Part shown: in pieces, positions 37,947-48,270 of the stretch | Layout: every line of letters begins with the position of its first letter | Numbering within the stretch: the stretch's first letter is position 1 | Origin: an uncultured bacterium | GTDB lineage: Bacteria > Vulcanimicrobiota > CADAWZ01 | NCBI GenBank assembly: GCA_902790465.1 | Contig: CADASF010000005.1 | Coordinates: forward strand, 70,039 to 134,038 | DNA length: 64,000 bases | Direction: 5' to 3' | Notes under the pieces: model-generated | Seen by the model: only the letters and a program-made list of their open reading frames with translations | Told to the model about the DNA's origin: nothing | Databases searched by the model: none | Translations under genes and position numbers: made by a program

Positions 37947-39989
37947 TTAATGAATTCTATCTCCAGGTTTTGCTCCTGCGTCTGGTCTTAAAACAAATAT
38001 ATCACTACCACCAGGACCTGCAGCAATAACCATGCCTTCACTCATACCAAATTTCATTTTTCTTGGCTGTAGATTTGCAACTATTACAACTTGTGTTCCC
38101 TCAAGTTTTTCAGGTTCATAAGCTGATTTAATACCTGCAAATATGTTTTTTTCAATTCCTCCACCTATATCAACTATCAAGTGGAGTAATTTTTTTGCTC
38201 CTTCTACATGCTCTGCTTTTTTCACATATCCAACTCTTAAATCTATTTTAGCAAAATCATCTATTGTGCATTCAGGAGCGAGTGGTTCTATCTCAGAAAT
38301 TTCAACTTTTTCTTCAGTTTTTTCTTTTACTTCAACTTCATTTTCTTTTTTAGTTTCTTCTGTCATTTTGTCTATACTCTCTTTCTCAGTTCTTGTTGCA
38401 AGATGTGGAAGTTTTTCAATTTGTCTATTTTCAAGGGTTGAATTGATATGCGACCAATCCATATTTCCTGTTTTTAGGCTTTCTTCTGTTTTTGAAGCAA
38501 ATTTTGGCATTACTGGTTTCAAATATAATACCAAAAGCCTAAATGCTTCGAGAGATGCTGTCAATTTTGATCTTGTTTTTTCTGGATCTGTTTTGACAAG
38601 GCTCCAAGGCTCACTGTCTTCAACAAATTTATTTGCTACATCAGAGAGTCTGCATATTTCACGCATTGCTCTTGCATAGTCAAGTTTTTCATAAAGTTGT
38701 TTTATTGTTTCAGCACTATTTTTTATTTCATCAATAAAAGGCAAATCCTCTTCTAAGATTTTTCCTGTTTTGCCTTCAAGAGATCTTGAAAGAATAGAAG
38801 AAGTTCTAACTCCTAAATTTGCTATTTTTCCAACTATATCTGAATTTACTTTTAAAACAAAATCATCAAAATTTAAATCTATGTCTATTATACCGCCTGA
38901 TAATTTACATGCATAGTAATATCTCAAAAATTCAGGATTTATATATTTTGCAAATGTAGAGGCTTTTATAAATGTTCCTCTTGATTTTGACATTTTTTCT
39001 CCATTTATAGTCAAAAAACCATGGACAAAAACTTTGTCAGGAGTTCTAAATCCTGAACTCATCAGCATAGCTGGCCAAAATAGACAGTGGAAATAGATAA
39101 TATCTTTTCCGATAAAATGACATATTTCAGTATCAGGTGATTTCCACCATGATTCAAAATCTGATGAATTTTTATCACACCAATTTTTAGTTGAAGCTAT
39201 ATAACCTACTGGAGCATCGAGCCAAACATAGAAATATTTGTCATCTGTTCCAGGAATTTTAAATCCAAAATATGGTTCATCTCTCGATATATCCCAATTT
39301 TTGAGACCTTCTTTAAACCATTCATTTAATTTTTTATGTATTTCTTCTTGAACATGACCACCGCCAAGCCATTCTTGAAGCTCTTTTGAGAAATTCCCCA
39401 ATTTGAAAAAGTAATGTTTTGAATTTTTCATTATTGGTTTGCTGTGGCAAACTGTACAATAAGAATCAGAAAGTTCTGCAGGATCGTAAGTTGCTCCACA
39501 TTTTTCACAAGAATCACCATATTGGTCTTCAGCCCCGCATTTTGGGCATGTCCCTTTTATAAAGCGATCAGGAAGAAACATTTTGTCTTTTTCACAATAC
39601 ATTTGTGAAATCTCTTTTTCTTCTATATGACCACCCTGTACCATAGAATTGAATATGTGTTCACATATATTTCTATTTTCTTCAGAATGAGTTGTATAAT
39701 AATTATCAAATTCTACAAGAAATTTTCCGAAATCTTCAATTCTTTCTTCGTGTATTTTTGATATATACTCCTCATTTGTCATTTTGGCTTTTCTTGCACC
39801 AATCATGACTGGAGTTCCATGGGTGTCATCTGCACACATATATCTGCAGTCAACACCATTCATTTTATGATTTCTAACCCAAATGTCCGTCTGTATATAT
39901 TCTACTAAATGTCCAAGATGAAGTGGACCATTTGCATATGGAAGTGCGGAAGTAACTAATATTTTTTTCTTGTTCATGAATTTCCCCAT
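37947..39989 (-). CDS. metG: Methionyl-tRNA synthetase with C-terminal tRNA-binding (EMAP/Trbp111-like) domain
   Basis: HLGH and KMSKS motifs. CPKCG...CEKCG zinc knuckle. Confidence 0.95.
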   Translation of the reverse strand: MGKFMNKKKILVTSALPYANGPLHLGHLVEYIQTDIWVRNHKMNGVDCRYMCADDTHGTPVMIGARKAKMTNEEYISKIHEERIEDFGKFLVEFDNYYTTHSEENRNICEHIFNSMVQGGHIEEKEISQMYCEKDKMFLPDRFIKGTCPKCGAEDQYGDSCEKCGATYDPAELSDSYCTVCHSKPIMKNSKHYFFKLGNFSKELQEWLGGGHVQEEIHKKLNEWFKEGLKNWDISRDEPYFGFKIPGTDDKYFYVWLDAPVGYIASTKNWCDKNSSDFESWWKSPDTEICHFIGKDIIYFHCLFWPAMLMSSGFRTPDKVFVHGFLTINGEKMSKSRGTFIKASTFAKYINPEFLRYYYACKLSGGIIDIDLNFDDFVLKVNSDIVGKIANLGVRTSSILSRSLEGKTGKILEEDLPFIDEIKNSAETIKQLYEKLDYARAMREICRLSDVANKFVEDSEPWSLVKTDPEKTRSKLTASLEAFRLLVLYLKPVMPKFASKTEESLKTGNMDWSHINSTLENRQIEKLPHLATRTEKESIDKMTEETKKENEVEVKEKTEEKVEISEIEPLAPECTIDDFAKIDLRVGYVKKAEHVEGAKKLLHLIVDIGGGIEKNIFAGIKSAYEPEKLEGTQVVIVANLQPRKMKFGMSEGMVIAAGPGGSDIFVLRPDAGAKPGDRIH

Positions 39990-40181
39990 TGAGATTTATA
40001 TATATAAAATAACATAATTCTAATTAATTCCATTCTTAAATTTAATTTCCCTACTATATATAATATATATTACAATATTTTCATAATTTCAGATTTTTTA
40101 AAAAAAAAGTTGTCTGAGGTATTGACAAATTTTTTAGTTTGAGGTATTATATGACCACGTTAAGACACTAACTAAATGTTT

Positions 40182-40254
40182 GCGGGGATAACTCAATTGG
40201 CAGAGTGCTAGCCTTCCAAGCTGGATGTTGCGGGTTCGAGCCCCGTTCCCCGCT
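40182..40254 (+). tRNA. tRNA-Gly (anticodon TCC)
   Basis: Manual cloverleaf: acceptor gcgggga/tccccgc, anticodon arm ctagc-cuUCCaa-gctgg, T-arm gcggg-ttcgagc-cccgt. Confidence 0.75.
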
Positions 40255-40373
40255 TTTTAAATTTCTAAAAAAATTAGAAATGACTATATCCGCCTTTGAG
40301 TTTAACAGAAAAGACGGAGACAGATTCACCATATCTGGAGAATTAAGGGATATAATTGCGGTCTGTGTCTGAT

Positions 40374-40446
40374 GCTGGGGTAGCTCAGTAGGTAGAGCAC
40401 ATCCTTGGTAAGGATGAGGTCGACGGTTCAATCCCGTTCCCCAGCT
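40374..40446 (+). tRNA. tRNA-Thr (anticodon GGT)
   Basis: Acceptor gctgggg/ccccagc, anticodon arm catcc-ttGGTaa-ggatg, T-arm gacgg-ttcaatc-ccgtt. Confidence 0.8.
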
Positions 40447-40503
40447 TTTTTTATATAATTTTAAAAATTGTAGTTCACATTTTCTATTTGCTTAATTTTT
40501 TAA

Positions 40504-40576
40504 GCACTCGTAGCTCAATGGATAGAGCGGTGGACTCCTAAGCCAAGGGTTGGAGGTTCGAGTCCTCTCGGGTGCG
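40504..40576 (+). tRNA. tRNA-Arg(CCT)-like with a non-canonical anticodon stem (possible pseudo-tRNA)
   Basis: Canonical acceptor (gcactcg/cgggtgc), D-arm (gctc-aatggata-gagc) and T-arm (ggagg-ttcgagt-cctct). The anticodon arm gtgga-cuCCUaa-gccaa has only 3 central base pairs. Confidence 0.45.
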
Positions 40577-40729
40577 TTTTTTTGTGTTTGAATATTTTTA
40601 AGTTTTTTTTTGATTCGGTATCGTTTCCTGTATTTTTTTTCTGATAGTCAAAAAATGCCATACTAAATTTGTTGGGATTCAGAACCGTGTCAATTATTTT
40701 TGACTGTTTATTTATTTTAGGAGGATAAT

Positions 40730-41923
40730 ATGGCAAAACAGAAATTTGAAAGAACAAAGCCACACGTCAACATAGGTACAATTGGTCACGTTGATCATGG
40801 TAAAACAACTCTTACCTCTGCCATAACAAAAGTTCTTGCTAAAAAAGGACTTGCTCAGGCACTCGATGTCGATAAAATCGATAACGCTCCTGAAGAGAAA
40901 GAAAGAGGAATCACAATCGCTATCTGTCACGCAGAATATCAGACAGAAAAGAGACACTATGCACACGTAGATTGCCCAGGACACGCTGATTATATCAAAA
41001 ATATGATCACTGGTGCAGCTCAAATGGATGGAGCAATCCTTGTAGTATCAGCTTCAGATGGTCCTATGCCACAAACTCGTGAGCATATCCTTCTTGCTCG
41101 TCAGGTCAATGTTCCATATATCGTTGTATTCCTCAACAAATGTGATATGGTTGACGATCCAGAGCTCATCGACTTGGTAGAAATGGAAGTAAGAGAACTT
41201 CTTTCATCTTATGACTTCCCAGGTGATGACCTCCCAGTAATCAGAGGATCAGCTCTTAAAGTAGTAGAAGACGACCCAGATCCAAAGTGGGAAAAAGCTA
41301 TAATGGATCTCTGTGATGCCGTTGATGAATATATTCCACTTCCAGAACGTCCAGTTGACAAACCATTCCTTATGCCAGTTGAAGATATCTTCACAATCAC
41401 TGGTAGAGGTACTGTTGCAACAGGAAGAGTTGAAAGAGGTATCATAAAGACTGGTGAAGAAGTCGAACTCGTAGGACTTGTTGAAAAACCAAGAAAACTC
41501 GTCGTAACAGGCGTAGAAATGTTCAGAAAGATCCTTGATGAAGGTCGTGCAGGAGATAACATTGGTCTTCTTCTCCGTGGTATTGACAGAAAAGACATCA
41601 AGAGAGGTCAAGTTCTTGCAAAACCAGGTTCAGTAAAGGCTCATACAAAATTCAAAGCTCAGGTCTATGTCCTTTCAAAAGAAGAAGGTGGACGTCATAC
41701 TCCATTCTTCAATGGTTACAGACCACAGTTCTATTTCAGAACAACTGATATCACTGGTTCAATCAAACTTCCAGAAGGCGTAGAAATGATTATGCCTGGC
41801 GACAATGTCGAAATCGAAGTCGAACTTATCACACCTATGGCTCTTGAACTCAACCTCAGATTTGCTATCCGTGAAGGTGGCAGAACTGTTGGTGCAGGAG
41901 TTGTCTCCGAGATTCATGAGTAA
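40730..41923 (+). CDS. tuf: Translation elongation factor Tu
   Basis: [18 protein letters not shown] and NKCD motifs. 397 aa. Confidence 0.97.
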   Translation: MAKQKFERTKPHVNIGTIGHVDHGKTTLTSAITKVLAKKGLAQALDVDKIDNAPEEKERGITIAICHAEYQTEKRHYAHVDCPGHADYIKNMITGAAQMDGAILVVSASDGPMPQTREHILLARQVNVPYIVVFLNKCDMVDDPELIDLVEMEVRELLSSYDFPGDDLPVIRGSALKVVEDDPDPKWEKAIMDLCDAVDEYIPLPERPVDKPFLMPVEDIFTITGRGTVATGRVERGIIKTGEEVELVGLVEKPRKLVVTGVEMFRKILDEGRAGDNIGLLLRGIDRKDIKRGQVLAKPGSVKAHTKFKAQVYVLSKEEGGRHTPFFNGYRPQFYFRTTDITGSIKLPEGVEMIMPGDNVEIEVELITPMALELNLRFAIREGGRTVGAGVVSEIHE

Positions 41924-41959
41924 TTTTTAGGAAATTTTTCCGAATAGTGAGGGATTATC

Positions 41960-42124
41960 ATGGCCAAAAAGGAAGCTCGTATTACCATTTCATTGGCCTG
42001 CGGAGATTGCAAAAGAAAAAATTATGCAACAAGAAAGAACAAACAGAATACAACTGACCGTATAGTCATTAAAAAGTATTGTCCTTTCTGTAAAAAACAT
42101 ACTCCGCATAAAGAGTCAAAATAG
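41960..42124 (+). CDS. rpmG: 50S ribosomal protein L33 (54 aa; below the ORF-track size cutoff)
   Basis: Hand translation [54 protein letters not shown] with a C4 zinc ribbon. RBS GAGGGA. Confidence 0.85.
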   Translation: MAKKEARITISLACGDCKRKNYATRKNKQNTTDRIVIKKYCPFCKKHTPHKESK

Positions 42125-42142
42125 AGAAATTACCTTAGAAAC

Positions 42143-42168
42143 AGGACGGAAATTTTCCGTCCTGTTTT
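42143..42168. terminator. Rho-independent terminator after rpmG
   Basis: acaggacggaaattttccgtcctgt followed by TTTTGGGG. Confidence 0.6.
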
Positions 42169-42312
42169 GGGGTTTATAAATCTTTTCGTAATACGATAAA
42201 TAAAAAAACGGTAGTAGCGTATGCCGTTAAAAGTCAAATTTCATATAATGTGAAAAACGCTAAAGCCTGTTAGATGTTTTAATTACATCTTTAGTGAAAG
42301 GTTGTTGCGACT

Positions 42313-42714
42313 TTGGAAAAAAAGAAAAATAAAAAGAATAAAATTGATAAAGAAGTTTCTGAACTCAAAGAAAAGTCCGAGACCAAACAGAAAAAAGAAG
42401 TAGTTTTATCCAAAAAAGAAGAAAAGAAAGAAAAATCTAAAGAAATTTCAAAGGCTTCTGCTTCTAAGAAAAATAATAACAATAATGAAGAAAAGAAAGT
42501 CTCTTGGAATCCATTTACTAAAGAAGGACAATATTCAATAAAAGTTTGGTTTCAAGGATTAAAATCAGAACTATGTAAAATTATATGGCCTACAAAGCCT
42601 CAGCTTATTGTTTATACTATCGTTGTATTAGTAACACTTGTAAGCGTTTCTGTTTATCTCTTTTTCCTCGGCAAAATTTTTGAATGGTTATTCAAAGGTG
42701 CGGGAATTGTATAA
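42313..42714 (+). CDS. secE: Preprotein translocase subunit SecE with a Lys/Glu-rich N-terminal extension
   Basis: C-terminal KIIWPTKPQLIVYTIVVLVTLV matches the SecE TM / WPT motif. TTG start. Confidence 0.75.
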   Translation: MEKKKNKKNKIDKEVSELKEKSETKQKKEVVLSKKEEKKEKSKEISKASASKKNNNNNEEKKVSWNPFTKEGQYSIKVWFQGLKSELCKIIWPTKPQLIVYTIVVLVTLVSVSVYLFFLGKIFEWLFKGAGIV

Positions 42715-42758
42715 AAACCAATGATATAACTAAAAAAAAATTGAGAAGGATATTTCTT

Positions 42759-43463
42759 ATGAGTGAAAATGATAATGTAAATTTCGAAAATGAAAATTTG
42801 GAAGAGTCTAAAGAACAATTAGAACAATCTTCTGAAAATTCTTCTGAGGAAAATATATCTTCTGTTCAGCCTAAAAAAGATCCAAGAATAAAATGGTATG
42901 TCATACATACTTATTCTGGATATGAGAAAAAAGTTAAAAGCAATTTAGAAAAGAAGATAAAGAAGTCAAAAGAGAGTATTGGAAAAAATTCCGAAGACTC
43001 AAAAGATGTAAATGTAAGAAATTTAGAAGATTACATTTTTAGAGTTCTTGTTCCAACAGAAGATGAAATCGAATTTAAAGATGGAAAGAAAAAAACAGTT
43101 CAGAAGAAAATATATCCAGGATATGTCTTAGTTGAGATGATCATGGATGACTACACTTGGTTTGTAGTTAGAAATACTTCTGGTGTTACTGGTTTTGTGG
43201 GGCCTGTGGGAAGTGGAGTAAGACCTGTTCCTCTACCAGATGACGAAGTCGATAAAATTTTGAGACAGATGGGACTTGTCGAACCTGCAAAAGTTAACCT
43301 TGATATTTCTTCTGGTCAACTTGTAAAAATTACAAAGGGACCTTTTGAAGGATTTAGAGGTGTTGTAGTCAATATAGAAAGAGACAAAATAAAAGTTCTT
43401 CTCACCATGTTTGGCAGGGAAACCCCTGTTGAAGTTGAATTTAACCAAGTCGAGAAGATTTAA
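42759..43463 (+). CDS. nusG: Transcription termination/antitermination factor NusG
   Basis: NGN domain (WYVIHTYSGYEKKV) and KOW motif (GQLVKITKGPFEGFRGVV). Start placed at the ATG with an upstream GAAGGA RBS. The longer ORF-track start 42684 overlaps secE. Confidence 0.85.
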   Translation: MSENDNVNFENENLEESKEQLEQSSENSSEENISSVQPKKDPRIKWYVIHTYSGYEKKVKSNLEKKIKKSKESIGKNSEDSKDVNVRNLEDYIFRVLVPTEDEIEFKDGKKKTVQKKIYPGYVLVEMIMDDYTWFVVRNTSGVTGFVGPVGSGVRPVPLPDDEVDKILRQMGLVEPAKVNLDISSGQLVKITKGPFEGFRGVVVNIERDKIKVLLTMFGRETPVEVEFNQVEKI

Positions 43464-43475
43464 GAGGTGTAAATT

Positions 43476-43898
43476 ATGGCAAAGAAAGTAAAAGCAATTG
43501 TCAAATTGCAGTGCCCAGCAGGAAAAGCTAATCCAGCTCCTCCAGTAGGTCCTGCTCTTGGTCAGCATGGCGTTAATATTATGGAGTTTGTAAAACAATA
43601 TAACGCCAGAACAGCAAATCAGATCGGTATGACAATTCCGGCTGAAATCACAATTTATGAAGACAGAACATTTACATTTGTTACAAAAACTCCTCCAGCT
43701 TCAGCTCTTCTTTTAAAAGCTGCTGGTGTTGACAAAGGTTCTGGAAAACCAAACACAACTAAGGTTGCAAAGGTTACAAGAGCACAAGTAGAAGAGATTG
43801 CTAAGGTAAAGATGCCTGACCTCAATGCTAATGACATTGAAGCTGCAATCAAAGTAGTTGCTGGTACAGCAAGAAGTATGGGTATTGTTGTAGAGTAA
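43476..43898 (+). CDS. rplK: 50S ribosomal protein L11
   Basis: [25 protein letters not shown] motif. Confidence 0.95.
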   Translation: MAKKVKAIVKLQCPAGKANPAPPVGPALGQHGVNIMEFVKQYNARTANQIGMTIPAEITIYEDRTFTFVTKTPPASALLLKAAGVDKGSGKPNTTKVAKVTRAQVEEIAKVKMPDLNANDIEAAIKVVAGTARSMGIVVE

Positions 43899-43964
43899 TA
43901 AAATTTTAAAAAAAAATTGAGTTGGGAGGGATTTTAGAATCCCGATATAACCACAGGAGGAATC

Positions 43965-44678
43965 ATGGCTAAAACAGCTAAGAGAATGGCTGCCATTCTC
44001 AAAACATATGATAAATTGAACTATTTCTCAGTAGCAGAAGCTGTAGAACAAGTTTTGAAAAATGCTTCAGCAAAATTCAACGAAACAGTTGAAATCCATG
44101 TAAAACTTGGAATTGATCCTACAAAGAGCGATCAAACAGTAAGAGGAACTGTAGTTCTTCCAAACGGAACTGGTAAAACTCCAAAGATTATCGCTTTCGT
44201 AAAAGCAGATAAAGAAAAAGAAGCACTTGATGCTGGTGCAGAAGCAGCAGGAGCAGATGAGCTCATTGCAAAAGTCAAAGCAGGATATTCAGATTTTGAA
44301 ATCTGCGTTGCAACACCTGATATGATGGGACCTATTGGTAAAGGTCTTGGAAGACTTCTCGCTGCAAAGATGCCTAACCCAAAAGCTGGTACAGTTACAA
44401 AAGATATTGGAAAGACAATTAAAGAACTTAGACTTGGTAAAATCCAATACAGAGCTGACAAGCAAGGTATCGTTCACTCTTCAGTTGGAAAAAGAGATTT
44501 CGGCAAAGACAAAATTTTGCAGAATATCGCAACACTTCTCGATGCAGTTATCAGAGCAAAACCAGCAGCTGCAAAGGGTACATATATAAAGAGTGTTGTT
44601 CTCACTTCAACAATGGGTCCAAGCGTAAGAGTTGACCCACTTAAAGTTCCAGCATTCTTACAGGGCAGAGAAAACTAA
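43965..44678 (+). CDS. rplA: 50S ribosomal protein L1
   Basis: Whole-length L1 similarity (237 aa), including the VVLPNGTGKT motif. Confidence 0.95.
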   Translation: MAKTAKRMAAILKTYDKLNYFSVAEAVEQVLKNASAKFNETVEIHVKLGIDPTKSDQTVRGTVVLPNGTGKTPKIIAFVKADKEKEALDAGAEAAGADELIAKVKAGYSDFEICVATPDMMGPIGKGLGRLLAAKMPNPKAGTVTKDIGKTIKELRLGKIQYRADKQGIVHSSVGKRDFGKDKILQNIATLLDAVIRAKPAAAKGTYIKSVVLTSTMGPSVRVDPLKVPAFLQGREN

Positions 44679-44727
44679 TTTAGAATATAATGAGCTGTAT
44701 ATTACAGCTTTATAGAAATATTTAGAG

Positions 44728-44775
44728 ATTTTGTCAATATTTTTTGTAAAGTATTGACAAAATCTCATTTATGAT
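44728..44775. promoter_or_regulatory. Perfect 15-bp inverted repeat (gagattttgtcaata / tattgacaaaatctc) overlapping TTGACA and TATATAAT elements upstream of tRNA-Ala. Likely the rplA terminator plus the tRNA promoter.
   Basis: Read directly from the sequence. Confidence 0.45.
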
Positions 44776-44795
44776 ATATAATTTTTAACAGTCTT

Positions 44796-44868
<73 letters not shown>

Positions 44869-45018
44869 TAAAATTTTACAGCTCGTGTGTTTTAAAACAT
44901 ACGAGCTTTTTTATATTTTATTTGTAATTTATACAATAATGTTCTTCTAAACTATTACAAAACAGGAAATATATATTTTTTTTTGAAATAAACAAAAAGA
45001 AATTTTTAGGATAATTAT

Positions 45019-45738
45019 ATGATAAATAAAGTTAAAACAGCTGTTTTATTGTCAGCAGGTTTGGGAACACGAATGAGACCTATTACAAATTCTATCCCCA
45101 AGCCACTTGTAAAAGTAAATAATAAATCACTTATAGAAACAGTTATTGATTCTCTTATATTCTATGGTGTTGAAAATATCTATATTGTTACAGGATATTT
45201 GGCAGATAAATTTTCATTTCTTGAAAAAAAATACAATGGCAAATGTGAGATACATTTTGTTCATAACAAGGATTATGAGACAAAAAACAATATATCTTCA
45301 CTTTATGTAGTTAAAGATTTAATAAAAGATAATTGTTTTATATGTGAAGCCGACCTTTTTATACCTGATGAAAAATTATTTTCAACTTTAAATATAAATC
45401 GTTCTTGTTATTTTGGAAATTTTGTAGAAGGTCATTCTGATGATTGGGCTTTTGTCTGCGATTCTGATAAAAAAATAACTAAGATCGCAATAGGTGGAGA
45501 TAATCTTTTTAATATGGTTGGAATTTCTGTTTGGTCAAAAGAAGATTTTCTACAAATAGGAAATAGGGTAGGGGAGATGATGAATGAACCAAATGGAGAT
45601 AGTAGATTTTGGGATGAAGCTGTTGACGATATATTAAATAAAATATCTGTACATGTTCTTCCTATTGAAAATGGTCAAATAATAGAAATTGACACTGTAG
45701 AAGAATTGGAAAGGGTCAGAAAAAATTATGAAAAATAA
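45019..45738 (+). CDS. LicC/PntC-like sugar-phosphate (or phosphonate) nucleotidyltransferase
   Basis: N-terminal LLSAGLGTRMRPIT..PKPLV nucleotidyltransferase signature. Confidence 0.7.
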   Translation: MINKVKTAVLLSAGLGTRMRPITNSIPKPLVKVNNKSLIETVIDSLIFYGVENIYIVTGYLADKFSFLEKKYNGKCEIHFVHNKDYETKNNISSLYVVKDLIKDNCFICEADLFIPDEKLFSTLNINRSCYFGNFVEGHSDDWAFVCDSDKKITKIAIGGDNLFNMVGISVWSKEDFLQIGNRVGEMMNEPNGDSRFWDEAVDDILNKISVHVLPIENGQIIEIDTVEELERVRKNYEK

Positions 45739-47035
45739 AAAAACTGTTTATATGAGTTTTGCGACAGATATTATAAACAGTGGACATTTAAATATAATTG
45801 AAAAAGCCTCTGAACTTGGTGATATAATAGCTGGAATTCAGACAGATGAAGTCATAGCACAGAATAATCGTTTTCCATTAGTTGATATTGAAGAGAGAAT
45901 AAGGATATTTTCTTCTATCAAAAATATATCAAAAGTAGTTGTTCAAGATACTCTTTCATATAAAAAAATATTGAATGAGTTAAAACCTGATTATGTTGTA
46001 CATGGTGATGATTGGGTTAATAATGAGCTTTCATTTATAAGAGAAGAAGTAATAAAAATATTGTCTGAATATGGCGGAAAACTTGTAGAATTTCCATATA
46101 CATATAACAACACATTGACACAGTTAAATCACAAACTAAAAATTCAATCAGGACTTCCTGAAGTTAGAAGACCTAAATTGAAAAGGTTATTGAAATCAAA
46201 AGATATTGTTTCAATAATAGAAGCACACAGTGGATTAAGTGGGTTAATTGCAGAAAACACGGTTGTAAGGGTTGATGAAAAATTGAAATCATTTGACGGC
46301 ATGTGGGTTTCAAGTCTTTGTGATTCAACCATGAAGGGAAAGCCTGACATCGAACTTGTCGATTTTACAAGTCGTATTTCAACAATAGATGAAATAATGG
46401 ATGTTACAACAAAGCCAATAATTCTCGATGGAGATACTGGCGGACTTATTGAGCATTTTGTGTATAATATAAAAACGATTGAAAGAATAGGCGTTTCTGC
46501 CGTAATTATTGAAGATAAAAAGGGATTAAAGAAAAATTCACTGTTTGGAACAGATGTTTCACAACAACAGGATTCAATAGAAAATTTTAGTGCTAAAATA
46601 AGTGCAGGAAAAAGGGTTTTGATAAGTGATGATTTTATGCTTATTGCTCGAATAGAAAGTCTTATTTTAGAAATTGGTCTTGAAGATGCTTTAAAAAGAG
46701 CTAATGCCTATGTAAATGCAGGGGCTGATGGCATAATGATCCATTCGAGAAAAAAAGAACCTGATCAAGTATTTGAATTTGCAAAAGAATTTAAAAAAGA
46801 ATTTCCAGACATTCCTCTTGCAGTTGTACCTACTACATATTGCCAAGTAACTGAAAAAGAATTGGCAGACCATGGAATAAATATTGTTATATATGCAAAT
46901 CATCTGATAAGAAGTGCATATCCTGCAATGTTGAATTCTGCTAAATCTATACTTTCGAATGGTTCTGCTGTAGAAGCCTCTAAAAAATATTGTGTATCTA
47001 TAAAAGATATTCTTGGAATACTTCCAAATCGTTAA
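45728..47035 (+). CDS. Cytidylyltransferase-domain (HxGH) :: phosphoenolpyruvate mutase fusion
   Basis: N-terminal FATDIINSGHLNII (TagD-like HxGH). C-terminal EAHSGLSG ... IIEDKKGLKKNSLFG (PEP mutase EDKxxxKxNSL signature). Confidence 0.75.
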   Translation: MKNKKTVYMSFATDIINSGHLNIIEKASELGDIIAGIQTDEVIAQNNRFPLVDIEERIRIFSSIKNISKVVVQDTLSYKKILNELKPDYVVHGDDWVNNELSFIREEVIKILSEYGGKLVEFPYTYNNTLTQLNHKLKIQSGLPEVRRPKLKRLLKSKDIVSIIEAHSGLSGLIAENTVVRVDEKLKSFDGMWVSSLCDSTMKGKPDIELVDFTSRISTIDEIMDVTTKPIILDGDTGGLIEHFVYNIKTIERIGVSAVIIEDKKGLKKNSLFGTDVSQQQDSIENFSAKISAGKRVLISDDFMLIARIESLILEIGLEDALKRANAYVNAGADGIMIHSRKKEPDQVFEFAKEFKKEFPDIPLAVVPTTYCQVTEKELADHGINIVIYANHLIRSAYPAMLNSAKSILSNGSAVEASKKYCVSIKDILGILPNR

Positions 47036-47047
47036 AGGTTATTAAAA

Positions 47048-48265
47048 ATGATTTTATACATAGACCCAGGTACAGGGAGCATGCTTTTTTCAATATTTAT
47101 TGGATTGGCAGCAGCTCTCTACTATTTTTTTAAAATGGCAATAATAAAATTTAAATTTCTCTTTACTGGAAAAAATACAGCTATTGAAGATTTAAAAGAG
47201 CCAATTGTAATATATTGTGAAGCAAATCATTATTGGTATGTTTTTAAGCCAATTTTGGATGAACTTGAAAAAAGAAAACAAACGGCAATATATTATACAT
47301 CTGTAGAAAAAGATAGATTTTTTGAACAAAATTATTCTTTCATAAAAGGAAAATACATAGGTGAAGGAAATAAGGCGTTTGCTTTTTTAAATTTTATACA
47401 TGCCGATGTATGCCTTATGACAACACCTGGGCTTGATGTTTATCAACTGAGGCGTTCTAAACTTGTAAAACACTATTCACATATTTTACATTCTGTTGAT
47501 GATGCTACAAGCTATGAAATATTTGGAATAGATTATTATGATTCTGTACTCCTTTCAGGAGATTATCAAAAGGACGGAATAAAAGAACTTGAATCAAAAA
47601 GAGGAGACACTCCAAAAGAACTTATTACAGTAGGAAGCACTTATCTTGATTGTTTTAATGAAAAATTAAAATCAATGAAAATAGATAAAAGCGAAAAGAC
47701 TACAGTTCTTGTGGCACCTTCATGGGGAAAAAATAGTATTCTTGTGAAATTCGGAAAAAAACTGCTCGATGTATTGGCTTCTTCTGATTACAATATAATA
47801 ATCCGTCCACATCCACAATCTTTAAAATCAGAACCAGATGTTATAAATGATTTAAAAGACCATTATAAAGAAAGATTTTCTTGGGATTTTGCCCCTGAAA
47901 ATTTGGATTCTCTCTCAAAAGCAGATATCATGATAAGTGATTTTTCAAGTGTTATATTTGACTATTGTTTCTTATTTGATCGTCCTTTCTTCTATTGCAT
48001 GCAAGATTTCAACATGGAAATTTATGATGCAGGTGATTTAGATGAAGAGCCTTGGAAATTTAGGATACTTGAAAAAATTGGAATTGAATTGAAAGAAGAA
48101 GAATTTCCAAAATTTACTGAAATTGTGGAAAAAGCACTAAAAGATGACAATTTGAGTAAAGCGAGAAAATTGGCAAAATCAGTCGCTTGGCAAAATATAG
48201 GGGAAAGTGGAAAAAGAACAGTTGATTTTTTGTTGAGTAAAGTAGAGCGGAAAGAAGAAAAATAG
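47048..48265 (+). CDS. CDP-glycerol glycerophosphotransferase-like (TagB/TagF family) enzyme
   Basis: C-terminal APSWGK ... IRPHP ... ADIMISDFSS motifs typical of the TagF family. N-terminal TM. Confidence 0.65.
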   Translation: MILYIDPGTGSMLFSIFIGLAAALYYFFKMAIIKFKFLFTGKNTAIEDLKEPIVIYCEANHYWYVFKPILDELEKRKQTAIYYTSVEKDRFFEQNYSFIKGKYIGEGNKAFAFLNFIHADVCLMTTPGLDVYQLRRSKLVKHYSHILHSVDDATSYEIFGIDYYDSVLLSGDYQKDGIKELESKRGDTPKELITVGSTYLDCFNEKLKSMKIDKSEKTTVLVAPSWGKNSILVKFGKKLLDVLASSDYNIIIRPHPQSLKSEPDVINDLKDHYKERFSWDFAPENLDSLSKADIMISDFSSVIFDYCFLFDRPFFYCMQDFNMEIYDAGDLDEEPWKFRILEKIGIELKEEEFPKFTEIVEKALKDDNLSKARKLAKSVAWQNIGESGKRTVDFLLSKVERKEEK

Positions 48266-48270
48266 ATAAA

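Noticed and set aside
40168-41023. Minus-strand ORFs 40168-40431, 40515-40763 and 40712-41023 across the tRNA cluster and the tuf 5' end
   Set aside because: They overlap three tRNA genes and tuf on the opposite strand. These are artefacts.
42125-42312. Expected tRNA-Trp between rpmG and secE
   Set aside because: Manual cloverleaf search found only a terminator hairpin (42143-42168) and a small stem. No T-arm GTTCRANYC motif is present.
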